Shown here: positions 41,901 through 43,928 of the stretch, in pieces
Layout: every line of letters begins with the position of its first letter
Position numbering within the stretch: position 1 is the first letter of the stretch
Assembly (NCBI GenBank): GCA_964372235.1
Contig: CAYJQD010000003.1
Location: 1-43,928 of the forward strand
DNA from: an uncultured Methanosarcinales archaeon
Lineage (GTDB): Archaea; Nanobdellota; Nanobdellia; Woesearchaeales; GW2011-AR9
Length of the DNA stretch: 43,928 nt
Reading direction: 5' to 3'
Translations under genes and position numbers: made by a program
The notes under the pieces: model-generated
Told to the model about the DNA's origin: nothing
Seen by the model: the letters and a program-made list of their open reading frames with translations, nothing else
Database searches by the model: none

Positions 41901-43928
41901 TTTCCTGGCTTCTACCGCCGCTTCTGCCGTATCAGCTGCTCGTTCAGCTGCTCGGGCTGCCACATATGCTTCTCTAGTTCCTTTTGAAGCGTAGCGATAA
42001 GCATCAAGGACGGTGTCTCCTTTTTCTAACGCTTTGGCTAACTTTGCAATTTTTCCTAATTTTACAGCTCCGCTAGCTCCTCCGCTAAGGAATTCAGTAG
42101 CTAGATCTACAGGAAGAAGAACATTATAAAATTCGCTAATAGCAGTATCTCTGAATATCTGTTCGGTTTCACTGCTATAAGTAACACCTACCCTCTCTAA
42201 ACCGCCCGCAATTGTTCTTCCAACCGTTTCTCCAGTATAAACAGCGATAACTTCTCCTAACACATTTTGATTTAAACTGTCTACTGTACGCTGTACACTT
42301 TTAGCTCCTGCACAATCGGGACAGACTGCCAATGCTTCTTTATATTTTGCTGCTGCTTCGCCGGCAAGCTTATCCCTATTAAGGCTCCGTGCATTCTCGG
42401 CATCGCGAACGATAACGTTAAATTCAAGCTCCCGCCGCTCTGCTTCATATTGTTCTTTACGCTGTTGAGTCAAAGCAGTTTTCGCCAGTATATCATCCGA
42501 AGCTTCTAAAAATTTCTTATCTTCTTCAGAAAATACGGACCTGGTCAAATCAAATTCTAACAAAGCCGCAGCAGGCTCGTCTGCTACACCGATTTGAAAA
42601 TCCGATGTAGAGGAAACCACGCTGCCGTCAGCAGCCCTATCTATCCCGGCACGAGCATCAGCAAAGGCCTGGCCAGCAGAAAGACCTCGTTTTTCGTAAT
42701 CTCTCAATTTCAAACGCAAGCTATGCAATTGATCAATTTGCCTTTCCTGTTCATCGAGAGCTCGTTTATCCAGCTCATTTCTGACATCTTCAATTCCAAA
42801 AGCTTCTGCACCTGCTTTAGAACCGCTATCTGCAATAAATGAAAAAGAATGCCCTGCTAACGCTACCGAATCTGCAACAGCATCAAGAAAGTTACCTGAC
42901 GTACCTATATTTTTCCAGGCATTAGCAACAGCTCTTCCTGCTCCTAACTCTTCTTCCTCTTGTAGAAATCTTTTTTTCAGCTTAGCTTGTTCTAACTCTT
43001 TCTCACGTTCTTCTAATACTCTCTTAGCATGACTAGTCTGAGCGATCCTGGCTTTCTTCAACTTCGCCAAATCAGGATCAAGTAAGGCTTCTGGAACATT
43101 TTCTGACCCTTGCAGCTTTTGTGCTAGTTCAGGATTATCTGCTTCAATCTCTTGCAAGATCGCTCCGGCTTCATTACCATAACCGTAATCATACAACAGC
43201 GCTACTTGATCTAATGTTTCATCTCTTTGCTGACGAACTGCTCGATCCACAATATTCTTGGCATGATCATCAGATACTACTTTTTGTCCGGCTAAAACAG
43301 AAACATCAATGGTTTCTAACACCACCACGTTTCCTTTCTCATCTTTACCCAGTTTGACCACTTCTTTTATGCCACCCTCCGCAGCTATGCTGGGCCCAGA
43401 AAGAATGTTTTCAACTTCTTTATATTTTCCAGCTAAGAGAGCAACTTCTGCCGCTACATCATCTTTCCCTTCCATCCGATATTTTTCAATAAGAGCTTGG
43501 TTTTGTGAGTCCAATCCCTTTAAATCTTTATCAAGTTGCTCAAGCTCGCGTTGGGTTTCCACAGTGGCAGCGGCATCAGCGCGGAAATCTTCCCGAAGAG
43601 TATATACTTCAGGATCTAATTTGTTATCAAAAAAACCACGAGGAGCATGCCTATTTATGAGATGGATAACATAATCGGGATCGGAATTAAATCTATCTTC
43701 ATCAATAGCAAGAAAGATAGATTTTTTTCCGCCTCCAACTAACCATTCTTTTTCTAACTTAGACCAAATTTCGTTTCTTAATTGGTTGCGCCGACCCCTT
43801 TGTGCTTCCAGAGTGTGTTTTAAATCAACTTCTCTTTTTTTGCCGTTATCTATTTTTCTCTTAGTGTCTTCAATTTCTCTTTTGTCCGTCGCAACGATAC
43901 CTTTAGATCTGAATAGCAAACGTCTGAA
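35931..43928 (-). CDS. giant multidomain protein (over 2,660 aa). The N-terminus lies beyond the window. It has a coiled-coil arm, two APH/ChoK-like kinase folds and several internal repeats.
   Basis: The frame is open to the window edge; the track start is only a TTG. aa ~1-1088 are helical and rich in Ala, Glu, Lys and Arg. Kinase-like fold 1 has LGSGGEGVV, AIIKV, IGDFHWGNII and VLDAG (about 39780..40300). Kinase-like fold 2 has LGEGTVGLVY, AFKTAK, NPHDLQAMV and FVDVADW (about 37500..37980). Four Cys-bracketed modules mark the boundaries. Confidence 0.85.
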   Translation of the reverse strand, partial: FRRLLFRSKGIVATDKREIEDTKRKIDNGKKREVDLKHTLEAQRGRRNQLRNEIWSKLEKEWLVGGGKKSIFLAIDEDRFNSDPDYVIHLINRHAPRGFFDNKLDPEVYTLREDFRADAAATVETQRELEQLDKDLKGLDSQNQALIEKYRMEGKDDVAAEVALLAGKYKEVENILSGPSIAAEGGIKEVVKLGKDEKGNVVVLETIDVSVLAGQKVVSDDHAKNIVDRAVRQQRDETLDQVALLYDYGYGNEAGAILQEIEADNPELAQKLQGSENVPEALLDPDLAKLKKARIAQTSHAKRVLEEREKELEQAKLKKRFLQEEEELGAGRAVANAWKNIGTSGNFLDAVADSVALAGHSFSFIADSGSKAGAEAFGIEDVRNELDKRALDEQERQIDQLHSLRLKLRDYEKRGLSAGQAFADARAGIDRAADGSVVSSTSDFQIGVADEPAAALLEFDLTRSVFSEEDKKFLEASDDILAKTALTQQRKEQYEAERRELEFNVIVRDAENARSLNRDKLAGEAAAKYKEALAVCPDCAGAKSVQRTVDSLNQNVLGEVIAVYTGETVGRTIAGGLERVGVTYSSETEQIFRDTAISEFYNVLLPVDLATEFLSGGASGAVKLGKIAKLAKALEKGDTVLDAYRYASKGTREAYVAARAAERAADTAEAAVEARKAFDAAKEALQAEIIAGWEASKYQKFKRVINTPLGKFDRDIAKARNVEIDNIATQTQNLNQAQRELAAARASGDTVAEGQSLVKISDAQEALVQSTENIDELDDLLRVSNIAGPNKDVVRRAWDSTFGKVLGDGPGEEVLRAEDEFRRVADEFADASKNAQLVGDTPEAILSRTKLDAAKENLEVAAQKVDDAYLNRKFERSKSALGERLQQAEVSREGDEVYDAVGAEGVAKLDELASNPAVRVEPEGTGLRFEVPEDAPPQLRIEVEEGNEILRRIDTTEARAEAELEEMLLEDLANSEYVAANDVKARRLEAVGVAGPQIIPDELDSLRTQLEPLGARWELAPDGRLRYNLDDVPIETIDIDGVRFEGVRIDGKLVTKEEFLGEVRKAEDLINSPGRKTDEVLNGAKTEAVNPCSLAAAAIYGLAPCARTVAETPSAKVEEAPEKIDLEEIVEQTTKDLKTRKEGVQVITKPGVPDIATAEVPISAPQKQVNLPPRVQGQDDWNEIVDVLDTHPGSRIPESDLEKLVNKEKLLLGSGGEGVVLEIPEAVRVNLPNVEKPAIIKVRNIDRSLEGAANTFPEQADFLNRLADRGAAPRVYQAEDTYYIAEKIEGQTLAQTIRERLTPQQLEEYRLANDVEGEAILLRAEAQGQFDDVVEAVDTLADDLVAENIEIGDFHWGNIILTKTPEGKLEAKVLDAGFAIPGEPSLLRQVYDEKVREALTGGGFDIDFTTFQKAKRERTGRGVSDVVDSCAVAGGAIYGLAPCPGAPAARPGAAPEKITAPPVETNQRAIADLEEGQSFRVRSKSGNSYGGKYLKADEQLITIQTGEKERFFGLLGSKPETNTLRIDRLDQSSIIKEGDQIRIAGTSGRPYAGKYAGEDSEFFRLTYANGDTVRFRKTDLNFDTLQREGEVVTAAPKPQNVKDIFENKNLANLQGKSDEEIFKHFYDSYNHKTSPNIIEEGKVNQLHASIGLQNKIDPDKVDISPGGIQGGWIAIQSVEDLPHNNRIRFYINSKNFDSSQVILEKVGRELTEQQIPFKIKTSRNKAAFARRTDNTVLYVEAAHQDQVEKILAGINPTLLDEEIPLFTKPVGRGVSWAEDPGNVFYKGLTENEIKYIQAKDVNAPSFGQARAEALTEIYTVTGGKTGPEFDKIKRQIFEKYGINPDQPWLNLDSRLGDVPIPRESGPRVRSDVIEPCAVAGGAIYGLASCSAARAAEPLPAEELGDSTLDEIVGKTEDISGVRIKEPRFFESEPLLLERKVETPSQISREIATVKGGYAQQKINLEKIVQRHPTVQVQDAEVAFTNKLGEGTVGLVYEADLPGVGDDLAFKTAKALPGERILRGNLESNVDGLFIEFEKAREACKLVPCPQYYGIYKVDGVPYLVSDKIKGRHFFDLTDEEVVQYFTPEKIELFTQDLARAIDAGWNPHDLQAMVLTEPHHLGGKQYQAGDVLFVDVADWSFKEGRTPAQKQELLQAWVDNVMTAPRSGAENALAFKRDLTPAAEAVQSATQKELLIALDATGYDISPEVLVYIRPGEHQLRRMYEQGIDPLLVSTKIPEAKAVRFKQELPRSADVVENADIAELQRAMHAAGYQATPDVLNIIRNEDSRLQLMYKLGIDPEKVAKEMPGTHAERFFETSTGKYIFDTKTGKWVQPREGLVDTLFGDKEADEVTVAILNKAREKAGVPKAQAAVIQKGDNAFEIAGKDYYFEEGKWKQKRTLWFDKEVDDAEIIAQLDQSRARLIEEGQIVLPEVKLESCSVGRAAVGGAIAGLSIAGPCLPLNLPSEEIVFELPPADLPEPKVVTTVQGYEGTVSNLYDSVGPQNVDEVFQNKLEFLGEDIYGGKAIAYIHDDGRVQVVFLTESDKTHHRQALGTIIGGEKGDLVYDGQYDNYLIADLPNRAFGFEFQYDKSKGKIIGMQASSQITNIQKAKGTTGWKISDQVVEYVEQEMLEKIDLDLIDESLVDQPINQWIDKGRLPTSSSSS
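36552..36614 (-). repeat. Cys-bracketed Gly/Ala-rich module, copy 4 (longer, diverged)
   Basis: EVKLES-CSVGRAAVGGAIAGLSIAGPC-LPLN. Confidence 0.7.
38262..38303 (-). repeat. Cys-bracketed Gly/Ala-rich module, copy 3
   Basis: VRSDVIEP-CAVAGGAIYGLASC-SAAR. Confidence 0.85.
39600..39641 (-). repeat. Cys-bracketed Gly/Ala-rich module, copy 2
   Basis: GVSDVVDS-CAVAGGAIYGLAPC-PGAP. Confidence 0.85.
40614..40655 (-). repeat. Cys-bracketed Gly/Ala-rich module, copy 1 (protein-level repeat)
   Basis: TEAVNP-CSLAAAAIYGLAPC-ARTV. Confidence 0.85.

Noticed and set aside
1-43928. CRISPR arrays, tRNA or rRNA genes, transposases or integrases, prophage blocks
   Set aside because: Scanning all spacers longer than 40 nt and the repeat content by eye showed no direct-repeat/spacer arrays and no cloverleaf-capable GC-rich ~75-nt segments. 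No DDE, tyrosine-recombinase or serine-recombinase motifs appeared among the ORFs.

Overview
This is an AT-rich, almost fully coding archaeal chromosome segment. The archaeal call rests on four things: a TFS/RpoM-type double zinc-ribbon protein with the QTRGADEP acidic hairpin, an S26B/Sec11-type signal peptidase, RtcB, and TATA-like boxes about 25-35 nt upstream of several ATGs. The small housekeeping set combined with many secreted or lipoprotein ORFs and giant ORFs fits a small-genome (DPANN-like) archaeon, but that is inference. Recognisable genes are metG, a thyA-folA-tmk operon, tfs, rtcB, a guanylate-kinase-like gene, an M50 site-2 protease with CBS domains, signal peptidase, an ArmA/Rmt (FmrO)-family 16S rRNA methyltransferase homologue, a nucleotidyltransferase/HEPN protein, a LamG lipoprotein, a metallophosphoesterase and a free-standing LAGLIDADG endonuclease. 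Five things look most unusual. (1) A giant ORF of more than 2,660 aa (35931..window end) has every domain boundary marked by a repeated Cys-bracketed Gly/Ala-rich hydrophobic module, and it carries two APH/ChoK-like kinase folds. (2) rtcB is interrupted in frame by a 33-nt hairpin whose loop carries a TAA stop, and a LAGLIDADG gene sits directly upstream. (3) A 326-nt GC-rich, hairpin-dense probable ncRNA (584..909) has a terminal stem that recurs at a 109-nt palindromic element (18962..19070). (4) A translationally coupled three-gene operon (8.8 kb) encodes very large secreted proteins. (5) One protein fuses four CBS domains to an HPF/RaiA-like domain. I recognised no tRNA, rRNA, CRISPR array or transposase. 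All family assignments come from motif recognition by eye, not from searches.
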